From contig OZ244653.1 of the NCBI GenBank assembly GCA_965218795.1, positions 5,024,001 through 5,088,000 of the forward strand: a DNA stretch of 64,000 nucleotides, written 5' to 3'. Numbering within the stretch: the first letter of the stretch is position 1; the number at the start of each line of letters is the position of its first letter. This DNA comes from a bacterium. Its GTDB lineage: Bacteria > UBA8248 > JACPRG01 > G963555815. Shown in pieces: positions 1-10,650 of this stretch. Under the pieces are notes generated by a model. The model saw only the letters and a program-made list of their open reading frames with translations, had not been told where the DNA came from and did not search any database. The position numbers and the translations under genes were made by a program.

Positions 1-108
1 GTTTTCCAAGACCTCGATTGGGAGGCTCTGCCGGGTGGTCCCGGACAGAGCGGCGCTCGCTCGCTCCGTTGCCTCCACGCAGGGGTCCATTCGTGAAAGG
101 AGACAAAG

Positions 109-1164
109 ATGAGAACTCGTGCGAACTCGCTTTCTCGGACGGGCATCCTGTTGGCAGCGTTCTTACAGATGGGCCTGTTCGGCGCCTTTCCGGTTCATGC
201 GGAAATGACCGAACTGGCTTATACGGAGAACTGGGTCCTGGGGGCCGAACACATCGGCGATTTTACGGCGCTGGCCAAGGGCTTCTACGAAGCGGAAGGG
301 CTGAAGGTCAAGATCACCCGGGGCTATGGATCGGCGGACGCAGTGAAGCGTGTTGCTGCAGGGGCGACTAAGATCTCCCGCTCGGCGGCAGAATCGGTAA
401 TCTCCGGCCGGGCGGCGGGTGCCAAGATCAAGATCATTTTTGTCACCTTTCACAAGGGACCCTACGCAACTGTTTACTTGAAAGGGAAAGGGATCTTACG
501 GCCAAAGGACCTGGAAGGACGCAAGATCGCCCAAACAGCGGGGGCCTCCAGCACGAAGTTGTGGCCGGCCTACGGCAAGGTCGCTGGATTCGATGCATCG
601 AAAATCGTCAACATCTACATGGGAGGGGCCGCCTACGTCCCGAGCCTGATTGCGGGAAAAGTAGACGCCACGTCAGCTTGGCTGGTCAACCTCCCAGCCT
701 ACCAAAAAGCGGCGGCGCAGGCGGGCTTGAGCGGAAGACTGGGAACCTTCCTGTGGGCGGACTATGGACTGCAGCTCTACGGGTCGGTGGTCATCGCCTC
801 TGACCAACTCATCGAATCAGAATCCGATCTGGTCCGTCGGTACACGCGCGCCGCCATGCGGGGGTTCACATATGCCATCAATCACCCCCAGGAGGGGATT
901 GACGCCTGGATGAAGTACAACGTGGGGCGGGCGCGAGAGGTGATCGAGGGTGAGTTTCGGCTCGTGTTGAAGCTGACCTTCGACGATCTGTTCAAGAAGA
1001 ACGGCCTGGGTTACGCCGATCCGGGAAAAATGAAAAGCGCGGTCGGGCTGGTCAGGAAACACCTCGGATTGAAGGGGCCACTGAACTCGCGGGACACCTT
1101 CACGAACAAATTCATCGAGGCGACTCCCCGGGCCTGGCGGTTCCCGAAGCGGACGAAGATGTAA
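109..1164 (+). CDS. ABC transporter substrate-binding protein, NMT1/THI5/SsuA-like
   Basis: Signal peptide ending VHA; KGFYEAEGLKV, PKDLEGRKIA, SLIAGKVDA motifs; AAGGAG RBS. Confidence 0.85.
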   Translation: MRTRANSLSRTGILLAAFLQMGLFGAFPVHAEMTELAYTENWVLGAEHIGDFTALAKGFYEAEGLKVKITRGYGSADAVKRVAAGATKISRSAAESVISGRAAGAKIKIIFVTFHKGPYATVYLKGKGILRPKDLEGRKIAQTAGASSTKLWPAYGKVAGFDASKIVNIYMGGAAYVPSLIAGKVDATSAWLVNLPAYQKAAAQAGLSGRLGTFLWADYGLQLYGSVVIASDQLIESESDLVRRYTRAAMRGFTYAINHPQEGIDAWMKYNVGRAREVIEGEFRLVLKLTFDDLFKKNGLGYADPGKMKSAVGLVRKHLGLKGPLNSRDTFTNKFIEATPRAWRFPKRTKM

Positions 1165-1357
1165 CTCATCCATCGACGGGCGCGCGTTCCCGGTTCATTC
1201 GGCTTTCATTCCAGGGACTCATCTCGTCCCCAGCGGGGGGTGCGGGCCGCTCTTTTCCCGGTTGGCCCGCGCACACAGGGCATTCGCGGGGTATCGAGGC
1301 GCGGGAACGTCTTTCTTCGTCTCCCTGATCCATTCACGGCCGAGGATGTATAACGCG

Positions 1358-3127
1358 ATGAGCGCGAGTCTGTACGGCTCCGATGTGATCGTCGAACTCC
1401 TGCGACGCCTCGGAATCGAGTTTGCGGCGCTCAATCCCGGCGCTACCTTCCGGGGCCTTCAGGATTCCCTCGTCAACTTTCCTCCCGGGCTGGGAGACGG
1501 TCACCGCCCGCCGGAGCTGATCCAGTGCCTCCACGAGGAGATATCCGTCTCCCTCGCTCATGGGTACGCCAAGGCGGCGGGGAAGCCCATGGTCGCCTGC
1601 CTGCACGACATCGTGGGCCTTCAGCACGGAACCATGGCAATCTTCAACGCTTGGTGCGACCGTGCGCCCATTCTGCTGCTCGGCGGCGGCGGACCGATGG
1701 ACCTCACGCGTCGGAGGCCTTGGATCGACTGGATCCACACCGCCCTCGTCCAGGGTTCCCTGGTCCGCGATTACGTCAAGTGGGACGATCAGCCCGCGAA
1801 CCTCGCCAGTGTGCCGGAATCCCTCTTGCGGGCTTACCGGGTGATGCTCACCGACCCGCCCGGGCCCGTTTACGTCTGCTTCGATGCTGATATTCAGGAG
1901 GATGCGGTCGACGGCCTCCCCGAGCTTCCCGACACCGATCGATACGCTCCCCCGCCGGCCCCATTGCCGGAGGAGGACCGGCTGGAGGAACTGGCGGAAC
2001 GGCTGGTGCAGTCTGACTTTCCCGTCCTCGTGGCCGAGTTCCTGGGTCGTGAGCCGGAATCGGTATCCGCCCTCGTCGAGCTGGCGGAAGTCCTCGGAGC
2101 GCCGGTTCTGGATCACGGCAGCCGGTTCAACTTCCCCTCGAACCATCCCATGGATTTCACCGGCGCCGCCGGGCAGGTTCTCCCCAGAGCCGATTTCGTC
2201 CTCGCGCTCGATACCCCGGACTTGTTCCGCGCGCTGACGACCCAGGACAAAGCGACCCGGGAAACCGACTTCCGGCTCCGGGAGGGATGCCGAATTGCGC
2301 ACATCTCCATCTTCGATTTGTCGATACGCGCCTGGTCCACCGATTATCAACGTCTTCCGCCGGTCGATTTTCCGCTGGGGGGAAGCGCCGCGCGCGCCGT
2401 GGCACCGCTCGTTCGGATGGTCCGGGAAAAGCTGGAGAAGAACGCCGCCCGCAGGGAGGCCGCTAGGGATCGGTTCGGCAAGGTCCAGGCGGAGGGGGTG
2501 GAGATCCGCCGTGGATGGGTGAACGCGGCGCGGGAGGCCTGGACGGAAACGCCCATCGCTCTCCCCCGTCTGGCCGGCGAGCTCTGGCGATTCCTGAAAG
2601 AGGAGGACTGGGTCCTCACCAACGGCACCCTCTTCGGCTGGGAGCGGAGGATGTGGGACTTCAACGCCACCCACCGGACCATCGGCCACAGCGGGGGGGC
2701 CGGACTCGGATACGGAATGGGCGCCTCGATTGGCGCCGCCCTGGCGCATCGCGGGAGCGGCCGGCTTTGCGTCAACCTTCAGTCCGACGGAGACCTCCTC
2801 TACACGCCTTCCGCCCTGTGGACGGCCGTTCACCATGAGATTCCCCTTCTCACAGTTGTGGTGAACAACCGGACGTACTACAACTCCGAGGAGCACGCCC
2901 TGGCCATGGCCGGACAGCGGGACCGCCCGGCTGGGCGCGCGGGCATTGGCACGCGGATCGAGCATCCGAGCGTCAGCTTCCCCCGGCTTGCCGAATCGTT
3001 CGGCCTTGCGGCGTTTGGCCCTGTGGAGGAGCCGGACGATCTGGCCCGGACTCTCGAAAAGGCCATTGCAATCGTCAAAACGGAACAAAGACCGGCTGTT
3101 GTGGACGTTGTGACCAGAGCCCGATAG
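1358..3127 (+). CDS. Thiamine diphosphate-dependent enzyme (acetolactate synthase/benzoylformate decarboxylase-like)
   Basis: NPGATF, HEEISVSLAHGYA, GLGYGMGASIGAA, ThDP motif SDGD...VNN; start trimmed to ATG 1358 (1346 possible). Confidence 0.88.
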   Translation: MSASLYGSDVIVELLRRLGIEFAALNPGATFRGLQDSLVNFPPGLGDGHRPPELIQCLHEEISVSLAHGYAKAAGKPMVACLHDIVGLQHGTMAIFNAWCDRAPILLLGGGGPMDLTRRRPWIDWIHTALVQGSLVRDYVKWDDQPANLASVPESLLRAYRVMLTDPPGPVYVCFDADIQEDAVDGLPELPDTDRYAPPPAPLPEEDRLEELAERLVQSDFPVLVAEFLGREPESVSALVELAEVLGAPVLDHGSRFNFPSNHPMDFTGAAGQVLPRADFVLALDTPDLFRALTTQDKATRETDFRLREGCRIAHISIFDLSIRAWSTDYQRLPPVDFPLGGSAARAVAPLVRMVREKLEKNAARREAARDRFGKVQAEGVEIRRGWVNAAREAWTETPIALPRLAGELWRFLKEEDWVLTNGTLFGWERRMWDFNATHRTIGHSGGAGLGYGMGASIGAALAHRGSGRLCVNLQSDGDLLYTPSALWTAVHHEIPLLTVVVNNRTYYNSEEHALAMAGQRDRPAGRAGIGTRIEHPSVSFPRLAESFGLAAFGPVEEPDDLARTLEKAIAIVKTEQRPAVVDVVTRAR

Positions 3128-3158
3128 GCGGCTGTTTCGGCGAGAGGGGAGAGCCTGA

Positions 3159-4133
3159 ATGATTCGGACACGAATCTGTGAGCTGCTCGAAATCCAACAT
3201 CCCGTCGTGATGGGGGGCATGGGTACGGGGACCTCTGCGGAATTGGTGGCCGCGGTTTCCAACGCCGGCGGATTCGGGACGCTCGGGGCGACAAACCTGA
3301 ATGCGAAATCGATTCACGAGGCGGTCGCGGACGTTCGCGAGAGAACCGACCGGCCGTTTGGTATCAACTTCCTTCTCTTCCGGATGGACGACGAAGCCTT
3401 CGAGGCCGCCTTAAAAGCCCGGCCACCCCTGATCGCGTTCGCCTGGCCGTGGCCCGATCAGGATATTCGGCCCTACTTCGACCGCGTTCACGAATCCGGG
3501 TTGAAGGTGATGTCCATGGCGGGGGAGGTCCCGGAAGCCCTCCGGATGGCGGAATCGGGGGCCGACATCATCGTCGCTCAGGGGACGGAAGGGGGCGGCC
3601 ACGTCGGATGGATGGCCACCTCGACCCTGGCGCCTATGGTGGTGAGCGCCGTGTCGCCCCTCCCTGTGCTGGCCGCAGGGGGTATCGCGGACGGGCGTGG
3701 TCTCGCAGCCTCGCTGGCCCTCGGGGCTGAGGGTGTACTCTTAGGCACGCGATTCCTGGCCGCGGACGAGTCGCCCCTTCATGAGAACCATAAGCGGGCG
3801 ATCGTGGGAAGCGACGGGCACGACACGGTCCTCACCGAAATCCCGGACATCGCTGCGGGTCAGGTGTGGCCTGGAGCCATGGCCCGCGCCCAGCGCAATG
3901 CATTCATCGAGCGTTGGGCCGGGCGCGAGTGGACCCTGCGGCAGAATTATCATCAGGTCGGCAAGGAGGTGCTGGCCGCGCGGAAGGCCGGGGACGTGAA
4001 TCACGCGCCCCTTCTGTTCGGTCAGGATGCCGGATTGATTGACAGCGTCCTGCCCGCCGCCAAAGTCATCGATCGGATGGTGCGGGACGCGGAGGAGATC
4101 ATCACGGGCCGTCTCTCCAAGGCGATCCTCTGA
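3159..4133 (+). CDS. Nitronate monooxygenase/FabK-family FMN oxidoreductase
   Basis: VSNAGGFG, QGTEGGGH, AAGGIADGRG, GTRF motifs. Confidence 0.88.
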   Translation: MIRTRICELLEIQHPVVMGGMGTGTSAELVAAVSNAGGFGTLGATNLNAKSIHEAVADVRERTDRPFGINFLLFRMDDEAFEAALKARPPLIAFAWPWPDQDIRPYFDRVHESGLKVMSMAGEVPEALRMAESGADIIVAQGTEGGGHVGWMATSTLAPMVVSAVSPLPVLAAGGIADGRGLAASLALGAEGVLLGTRFLAADESPLHENHKRAIVGSDGHDTVLTEIPDIAAGQVWPGAMARAQRNAFIERWAGREWTLRQNYHQVGKEVLAARKAGDVNHAPLLFGQDAGLIDSVLPAAKVIDRMVRDAEEIITGRLSKAIL

Positions 4134-4332
4134 GCGGAGGTGGCTTGGGTTCAGCAAGCGCGGCAGCGATCCCCGGCCGAGACGGTCGGCGACTGAAACG
4201 GATTGTTCATTCTCGATCTCTTTGTCAAAATGTAACCTGTCGAAGTTTCCGGTTTGAATGGATGACGGAGAAGCCGGAGGCCAAGCGAGCGATGTCCCCG
4301 TTTACGCGGAGATGGTGACGAGGTTGAGGACG

Positions 4333-5331
4333 ATGCCCCCTGGAAAGGTCGAAATCGGTATCCATCTCAGCAATCGCGCCTGGTCGATGAAGGAAGGGGA
4401 ACGGGCTTCGGTCAAGAAGACCCTGTTCGAGATGGCCCGAAAAATCGAGGCGGCCGGTTACCATTCCATCTGGCTTGGCGACAGCGTTGTCGCCAAGCCC
4501 CGCTATGAAGCGTTGAGCCTTCTGGCCGCGTTGGGCGCCGTGACCGAGCAGGTCAAGCTCGGCGTCACCGTTCTGCTCCCCGTTCTCCGGCATCCCATCC
4601 ATCTCGCCCATCAGGCCGCGACCATCGACCGGATATCCGACGGGCGTCTGATTCTGGCCTTCGGAGCGGGCAATGCGGGGGAGCGGGGCTCGGTGTACGC
4701 CAATGAGTTCAAGGCCCTCGGCGTACCCGTTCATGAGCGCGGAGCGCGAATGGATGAGACGATCGATATTCTCCGAAAACTCTGGAAGGAAGAGGCAGTG
4801 ACCCATGAGGGACGCTTCTTCCGGTTCGAGGACGTGACCATCGAGCCGAAACCCGTCCGCCCGGAGGGCATCCCGATCTGGACGGTCTGCGGCCACGGCC
4901 TTCGGCCCCTGATTCCGGCCCAGGTCAGGCGGGTCGTGGACCGGGCCGACGGCTGGATGACGGCGGTGGCTTTTCCCGAAGATTGCGTGAATACCCGAAA
5001 GACGCTGGAGGAAACGGCCAAGGCGTCCGGGAGGGATCCATCCACCCTCCACTCCGCGTGCACACTGCGGGTGAACATCAATTCCAACAAGCAGCGGGCG
5101 CGGGAAGAATTCGAGAGTCATTTGCTCGAATATTACCGGAACGTCAAGTTCTGGAAGGAGGTGAACGGGCACCACATATGGGGCCCTTACGGCGACGCAG
5201 GGTACGTCCGGGAACGGATGGAGGCCTTCGTTGACGCGGGCATCAGGACCTTTGCGATCCTGTTCACGGCGCCCGATCAGATGAAGCAGTTCGACGAGTT
5301 CACGGAAAAGGTTTGGCCACACTTCAGCTAG
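4333..5331 (+). CDS. LLM-class flavin-dependent oxidoreductase
   Basis: EAAGYHSIWLGDS, RHPIHLAHQAATIDRISDGRLIL; ORF is open from 4258, ATG 4333 has GAGGA RBS. Confidence 0.85.
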   Translation: MPPGKVEIGIHLSNRAWSMKEGERASVKKTLFEMARKIEAAGYHSIWLGDSVVAKPRYEALSLLAALGAVTEQVKLGVTVLLPVLRHPIHLAHQAATIDRISDGRLILAFGAGNAGERGSVYANEFKALGVPVHERGARMDETIDILRKLWKEEAVTHEGRFFRFEDVTIEPKPVRPEGIPIWTVCGHGLRPLIPAQVRRVVDRADGWMTAVAFPEDCVNTRKTLEETAKASGRDPSTLHSACTLRVNINSNKQRAREEFESHLLEYYRNVKFWKEVNGHHIWGPYGDAGYVRERMEAFVDAGIRTFAILFTAPDQMKQFDEFTEKVWPHFS

Positions 5332-5372
5332 ATGGACGGATGGTACGCGGTTCCTGGAAGGAGGGATTGAGA

Positions 5373-7013
5373 ATGAAGCGACGAATCTCGATGTGGGGGT
5401 GGGTTCCCCGGACGGCCCTCGCAGTGTTGCTGGCGTGGGGCGGGATGTTGGCCGGCACGTCGTACGCACAGGGGAAGACGGTGACGCTCGCATCCACGAG
5501 CGATATCTTTCGCATCGCCAACCCGGCGATCTTCCGGCTTTCCTCGCTCAACTACTGGTGGTATCAGGTATTCAGCGCCCTGGTGCGGCCCGACAAAGAC
5601 TTCAATGTAGTGCCGGACCTCGCCGAGTCCTGGACTGTCAGCGACGACCGGAAGACTTACACCTTCACCCTGCGAAAGGGCGTCCGATGGCACGACGGCG
5701 AGCCCTTCACGGCGGAGGACGTGAAGTTCACCTACGAGCTGATGCTCCATCAGGACAACCGGGCGGCCTCCTCTCATTGGCCGTACTTCGGCTACGTCCA
5801 GGGCGCGGCGGAATACCGGAAGGGAAAGGCGAAATCGATCAGGGGGGTCGAGGTCCTCGGGCCCCACAAGATCCGCATCCGGCTGAATGCCCCCTACGCT
5901 GCGTTCATGATCATCTCGGCAGGCCAGCCGATCGTGCCGAAGCACGTTCTCGAAAAGGTCCCGGTCAAGACCATGATCAAGAACAAGTTCACCCATTATC
6001 CCGTGGGCACGGGCCCCTACGTCGTCGAGTCCTGGAAATCCAGGGACCGGACCGTCCTGCGGAGGAATCCGAACTATTTCGGCAAGGCGCCGAGGTTTGA
6101 GCGGATCATCTGGCGGGCCCTGCCGGATACTTCCTCCCGGCTGTCTTCTCTGCGGACGGGCAAAATCGACGTGAACGGGATGTACGCGGCCGTCCCGGTG
6201 GACGAGTTCTCAAACCTGGACAAGGATGCGTGCTGCCGGGGAGTCCGGATGCCCGGCCAATCCAACTGGTTCATGGATTTCAATCTCAAGAATCCCATGT
6301 TCCACGACGCTCGGGTCCGGAAGGCCGTCAGCTACGCCATGGACCGGAAGGCGATACTGAAGCATGTCTTCAACGGTTGGGGGGTTATCAACAACACGCC
6401 GTTCCATTCCTTGTCCTGGGCCCACAAGAAAGACGTGACGATCTACGACGGCGATCTCGCGAAGGCGAAACAACTCCTCGAAGAGGCCGGCTGGAAGGTT
6501 GGGTCCGACGGTATTCGCGTCAAGGATGGAAAGCGCCTGAGCTTTACCTGGCGGGTCGGTATCGGGCGAGCGGCCGCCATCATGGCCGAGGCCGCCGCGC
6601 CGATGCTGCGCAAGGCGGGGATCGAGGCCAAGGTGGAGCGCCTTGATTTCATCACTCTTTGGTTCAAACACTACGTCAAGAAAAAATACGACGCCCTTTC
6701 CCACCTCCATCCCAGCAGCATCTACGCGGACCCGGATTACGACCTGTTGCGGTGGTACGATCGCCGGATCAACAAGACCGGGTACAACAACCCGAAGGTC
6801 GAGGAGATGATCAAGAGGGCGGCGGTGACAGTGGGTCGGGAGAAGCGGAAGGCCATCTATCACGAACTGCAGGAAATCCTCGCGAAGGACGCCGTGCGGC
6901 TCTGGCTGATCCAGACGGATGAGCTTTGGGGCGTGAGCAAGGACTTGAAGATGGCCGACGCTCCCACCGGTTACCGCAAGATCCTGGCCATCGAGACCTG
7001 GGATAAGAACTAA
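5373..7013 (+). CDS. Peptide/nickel ABC transporter substrate-binding protein (family 5)
   Basis: PDLAESWTVSDDRKTYTFTLRKGVRWHDG, PVGTGPY; signal peptide; GGAGG RBS. Confidence 0.9.
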   Translation: MKRRISMWGWVPRTALAVLLAWGGMLAGTSYAQGKTVTLASTSDIFRIANPAIFRLSSLNYWWYQVFSALVRPDKDFNVVPDLAESWTVSDDRKTYTFTLRKGVRWHDGEPFTAEDVKFTYELMLHQDNRAASSHWPYFGYVQGAAEYRKGKAKSIRGVEVLGPHKIRIRLNAPYAAFMIISAGQPIVPKHVLEKVPVKTMIKNKFTHYPVGTGPYVVESWKSRDRTVLRRNPNYFGKAPRFERIIWRALPDTSSRLSSLRTGKIDVNGMYAAVPVDEFSNLDKDACCRGVRMPGQSNWFMDFNLKNPMFHDARVRKAVSYAMDRKAILKHVFNGWGVINNTPFHSLSWAHKKDVTIYDGDLAKAKQLLEEAGWKVGSDGIRVKDGKRLSFTWRVGIGRAAAIMAEAAAPMLRKAGIEAKVERLDFITLWFKHYVKKKYDALSHLHPSSIYADPDYDLLRWYDRRINKTGYNNPKVEEMIKRAAVTVGREKRKAIYHELQEILAKDAVRLWLIQTDELWGVSKDLKMADAPTGYRKILAIETWDKN

Positions 7014-7031
7014 CCCGACTCGAGTCTGCCC

Positions 7032-7065
7032 GAAGGCCGGGGCGCGAAAGCGTCCCGGCCTTTTC
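7032..7065 (+). terminator. Stem-loop with GAAA tetraloop and short U-tract after the SBP gene
   Basis: GAAGGCCGGGGCGC-GAAA-GCGTCCCGGCCTTTTC. Confidence 0.6.
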
Positions 7066-7123
7066 ACCCGGCAGCGGACTTCTCTCAACCATTCTTCCTC
7101 TTCAGGAAGGCCGCCGAGCGAAC

Positions 7124-8077
7124 GTGGGCAAATACCTCTGCAAACGTCTCCTCCAATTCATCCCCATCCTGTTTGGAATCTCGGTTGTTTCATTTCTGAT
7201 CATTTATCTGGCCCCCGGGGACCCGACCAACCTTCTCGTCAACGTGGAGATCCTGACGGACGAGGAGTTGCTCGAAGTCCGCAGGAGTCTCGGACTGGAA
7301 CAGCCCATGCCGGTTCAGTACGTCAAGATGATGGTCGCGCTGTTATCCGGGAAGCTTTATTCGTTCGAGACCGCGCAGCCGACCTGGGTCATGATCCTCG
7401 AAGGGTTGCCCACCACGCTCGCACTCATCGCCGGCAGCATCCTGTTCGCTTTGGTCTTCGGGGTGCCGTGCGGCGTCATTTCGGCCCTTCGGCCGTATAC
7501 CCGAATGGATAACGCGCTCACGGTTCTGTCGTTGTTCGGCGTCTCCATTCCCCAGTTCTGGTTCGCATTGATGATGATCTATCTGTTCGCGGAATCCTTG
7601 GGGTGGATGCCCGCAACGGGTATGTTCTCTGAAGGGCCGAGGGTCTTTCCCGTCCTGGACGTCTTGCGCCACCTGGTCATGCCGGTCGTGGTGATGGGGA
7701 CGGTTTCCCTTCCGCCCATTGTTCGTTACACCCGGAACGCCATGATGGAGACGCTCGGGCAGGACTATGTCCGTACGGCCCAGAGCAAAGGCTTGCCCCG
7801 GTTCACCGTGGTCTACCGCCACGCCCTGAAGAATTCCCTCCTCCCCGTGGTGACCGTGCTGGGACTGCTCGTTCCCCTTCTTTTGGGGACTGCGGTCGTC
7901 GTCGAGTACGTATTCGCCCTGCCCGGCATCGGGAGCCTGGCCATCAGCGCCGCCCTGTTGAGGGATTATCCCGTCGTGATCACGGTGAATTTCCTGGCCG
8001 CGGTCCTGGCCTTGACCGTCGGCCTGTTCGTGGACATCACGTACAGCTTCTTGGATCCGCGGATCCGGTACGTCTGA
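7124..8077 (+). CDS. Peptide ABC transporter permease (DppB/OppB-like)
   Basis: LAPGDP, EAA-like loop DYVRTAQSKGL, C-terminal LDPRIRY. Confidence 0.9.
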   Translation: MGKYLCKRLLQFIPILFGISVVSFLIIYLAPGDPTNLLVNVEILTDEELLEVRRSLGLEQPMPVQYVKMMVALLSGKLYSFETAQPTWVMILEGLPTTLALIAGSILFALVFGVPCGVISALRPYTRMDNALTVLSLFGVSIPQFWFALMMIYLFAESLGWMPATGMFSEGPRVFPVLDVLRHLVMPVVVMGTVSLPPIVRYTRNAMMETLGQDYVRTAQSKGLPRFTVVYRHALKNSLLPVVTVLGLLVPLLLGTAVVVEYVFALPGIGSLAISAALLRDYPVVITVNFLAAVLALTVGLFVDITYSFLDPRIRYV

Positions 8078-8091
8078 TCGGAGGAACCCTT

Positions 8092-9039
8092 GTGGCCACC
8101 GGCATTCCTGCGGCGAAGACCCACGAGATCGAATCGGCGGGGCCCGGCCTGACGGGCGCACCGGTGGCGGCCGGTTTGCCTCCTGCGGCGGGGTTCTGGA
8201 GGCGGTTTCTTCGAAACCGGCGGGCCGCGATCGGTCTCGGGTTGCTGATGCTGTTCTACCTTCTGGCGATCCTGGCGCCCGTCCTGGCGCCTCATGGGGT
8301 GGACGAGCAGAGTCTGGCAACACGGCTGAAGCCACCGGGCTTCTCGCACTGGATGGGAACGGACCGATTCGGCCGGGACATCCTCAGCCGCGTATTGTGG
8401 GCGGGTCAGATCTCCCAGTCAGTTGGGCTGCTGTCGATGACGCTCAGTATTCTGGTGGGCATTCTGGTGGGCGCGGTGGCGGGCTTCCATGGGCGGTGGG
8501 CGGACCATCTGTTGTCCAGGCTGACCGAGACCTTCATTACGTTTCCTACCTACTTCATCATGATTGCCGTTGTCGCCCTGTTCGGGACGAGCTTTCTGAA
8601 TCTGATTCTGGTGATCGGGCTGACTTCGTGGCCGATCACGGCGCGCGTCGTCCGCGCGGAGTTCCTCTCCTTGAAGGCCCGGCCGTTCGTGGAGTCCGCG
8701 CTTGCGACGGGGGCTGGGAAGATCCGCGTCATGCTGTGGCACATCCTGCCGAACGTCGTGCCGGTCATCGTGGTCGCGGCGACGCTTCGGGTGGCTTACG
8801 TGATCCTGGCCGAGGCGGGGTTGAGCTATTTGGGGTTCGGCATCCAGCCGCCCACGCCCAGTTGGGGGAACATGGTGGCCGAAGGACGAACATACCTGAG
8901 AACGGCGTGGTGGATCACGCTGTTCCCGGGGCTGTTCATTTTCTTCTCGGTGATGGCCTACAACCTGATCGGGGACGGCCTGCGGGACGCGTTCGACCCG
9001 AGAATGGGGGCGGGAGGCCGTGCGTCGGAAAAACATTGA
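8092..9039 (+). CDS. Peptide ABC transporter permease (DppC/OppC-like)
   Basis: HWMGTDRFGRD, EAGLSYLGFG, PSWG, GDGLRDAFDP. Confidence 0.9.
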   Translation: MATGIPAAKTHEIESAGPGLTGAPVAAGLPPAAGFWRRFLRNRRAAIGLGLLMLFYLLAILAPVLAPHGVDEQSLATRLKPPGFSHWMGTDRFGRDILSRVLWAGQISQSVGLLSMTLSILVGILVGAVAGFHGRWADHLLSRLTETFITFPTYFIMIAVVALFGTSFLNLILVIGLTSWPITARVVRAEFLSLKARPFVESALATGAGKIRVMLWHILPNVVPVIVVAATLRVAYVILAEAGLSYLGFGIQPPTPSWGNMVAEGRTYLRTAWWITLFPGLFIFFSVMAYNLIGDGLRDAFDPRMGAGGRASEKH

Positions 9040-9147
9040 CGCAAAAACGGCCCGGTACGGTCATTCATAGGCCGAAGGCCGGCCCGGGAAGCCCTGGGAC
9101 TGTCGAGCGCAACGCGGCAGAAAGGAGGGGGTATTTCTCCAGCTCTC

Positions 9148-9540
9148 TCAGGACTCTTTCCGTTCTGCCAACTCGATGCTGATGCTGTCCGGTCCTTTGA
9201 TGAAGGCGACCTTGACGCCCGGCCGGAGCTCCCAGGGCTCGCAAATGAACTCGGCCCCCTTCGCCCGGAGGTCTGCCGCCGCCCCGTCCATATCGTCCAC
9301 CAGCAGACCCAAGTGGTCGAGTCCGTAGCGCGGCTCGGTCCCCGTGCGAATCGGGTCTTCTCCCTCTGCACGGCCCGAGACCTGGAAAATCATCCCGTTC
9401 AGGTCAAAGGTGAACGAGGGCGCGCCGCCCAGTTCCCGCTCCCGGATGACCTCTGCGCCGAAAAACTCTTCCCAAAACTTGCGCGCCCCATGGGGGTCTT
9501 CGCTCCGAAAGTGAATATGGTCATATTGGTACGTCGCCAT
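9148..9540 (-). CDS. VOC/glyoxalase family protein
   Basis: DHIH...DHLGLLVDD...AFIKGPDSISIEL metal-binding pattern. Confidence 0.85.
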   Translation of the reverse strand: MATYQYDHIHFRSEDPHGARKFWEEFFGAEVIRERELGGAPSFTFDLNGMIFQVSGRAEGEDPIRTGTEPRYGLDHLGLLVDDMDGAAADLRAKGAEFICEPWELRPGVKVAFIKGPDSISIELAERKES

Positions 9541-9556
9541 GTTTTCCCCTCTGTTC

Positions 9557-10438
9557 TCAAACGGGAACGTGGATGCTGAGCTCTTCGTAGTCCGTCTCTT
9601 TCATCTCATCCCGAAGCCCCCAGCTTTCCAGCCAGGCGTGCGTTTCTTCGAAGAAGCCTTGACCGTACGGCTCGAAAACCATCAATTCTCCCAGGCAGAA
9701 TCGGGAGTAATCATAATCGCCGCGCATTTCTGTCGGGATGTTTCTTTCCCACAGGGGGAGATACGGCGCCGGGTTGGCTCGAAGTTCCTCATCGGCTCGC
9801 CTGAGCACGCGGAAGTATGCCTTGAGGGCCTCCGGGTCCAAGTCCTCGCTCACCCAGAAGAGGATTCGGAACTGGCCCATCGCCAATCGGCGATGGCCCC
9901 GCTGCAAGGCCATGTCGATCACCGGGTCCACGAGGTTGATCGCATCGATCTCTCCCGCCTCCAGAGCCTGAAGCCGTTTTCCCGGCCCGCCCAGGTCGTT
10001 GAGGACGATTTTTCCCCGCGGATGGATCATCTCCATCGCCTTCAGGGTTGTGTAATGGGTTCCCGCGCGAGCTCCGATACCGATGGGCACGTTCGCCAGA
10101 TCGAGAAGGGATCGGAAAGGCGAGTCCGCCCGGACGAAAAACGAATAGTTCGCCACGCCATAGAGGTCGGGGACGAATTTCCCCATGCCGGCTCCGGCGT
10201 TGGATGCGGAGCCCCAGTGGCATGCCGCGTTGACCACCGTGATCCCCTCGATGAAGGGGCGGTCCTGCGGTCTATCGTAGTACGCCTTGTCCTGGTGGCT
10301 GAGCAAGCCGTGGGTGACGTGATCCAGATGCTCAGGGGTCAATCCTTCGTCCTGATAATAGCCGTACTCCAGCGCCATCCACTCATGGAGCCTCATGAAA
10401 TGCGGTACGACCTTGATGGGTGTCAGATCCCGCGTCAT
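9557..10438 (-). CDS. Type II periplasmic-binding-fold protein (SsuA/THI5-like) lacking a signal peptide
   Basis: GYYQDEGL, VRADSPFRSLLDLANVPI, RLQALEAGEIDA; start trimmed to MTRDL. Confidence 0.65.
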   Translation of the reverse strand: MTRDLTPIKVVPHFMRLHEWMALEYGYYQDEGLTPEHLDHVTHGLLSHQDKAYYDRPQDRPFIEGITVVNAACHWGSASNAGAGMGKFVPDLYGVANYSFFVRADSPFRSLLDLANVPIGIGARAGTHYTTLKAMEMIHPRGKIVLNDLGGPGKRLQALEAGEIDAINLVDPVIDMALQRGHRRLAMGQFRILFWVSEDLDPEALKAYFRVLRRADEELRANPAPYLPLWERNIPTEMRGDYDYSRFCLGELMVFEPYGQGFFEETHAWLESWGLRDEMKETDYEELSIHVPV

Positions 10439-10650
10439 CTTCGCCTTCTCCTTATCTTGTACGGCAAATCTCTTGGCCGCCGTTTCCCCCTGTTTCGATT
10501 GACGAGACTCGTTTCGCAGCGGCGCCGCCTTCAATAGAGATCGAAACAAGGATTGCGTAAAGAATACGCCGGGGAACCATTCCTCAGGGCATGTGCCATG
10601 TCTTCATTCCGCATTTTCGCGGGGCGGTGGATTTGCACCCCTATGATTCC

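Noticed and set aside
1334-3262. Long antisense ORFs (642 aa here; also 12670-14148, 25590-27095, 57642-58784 and others)
   Set aside because: Shadows of well-supported opposite-strand genes in high-GC DNA; no motifs
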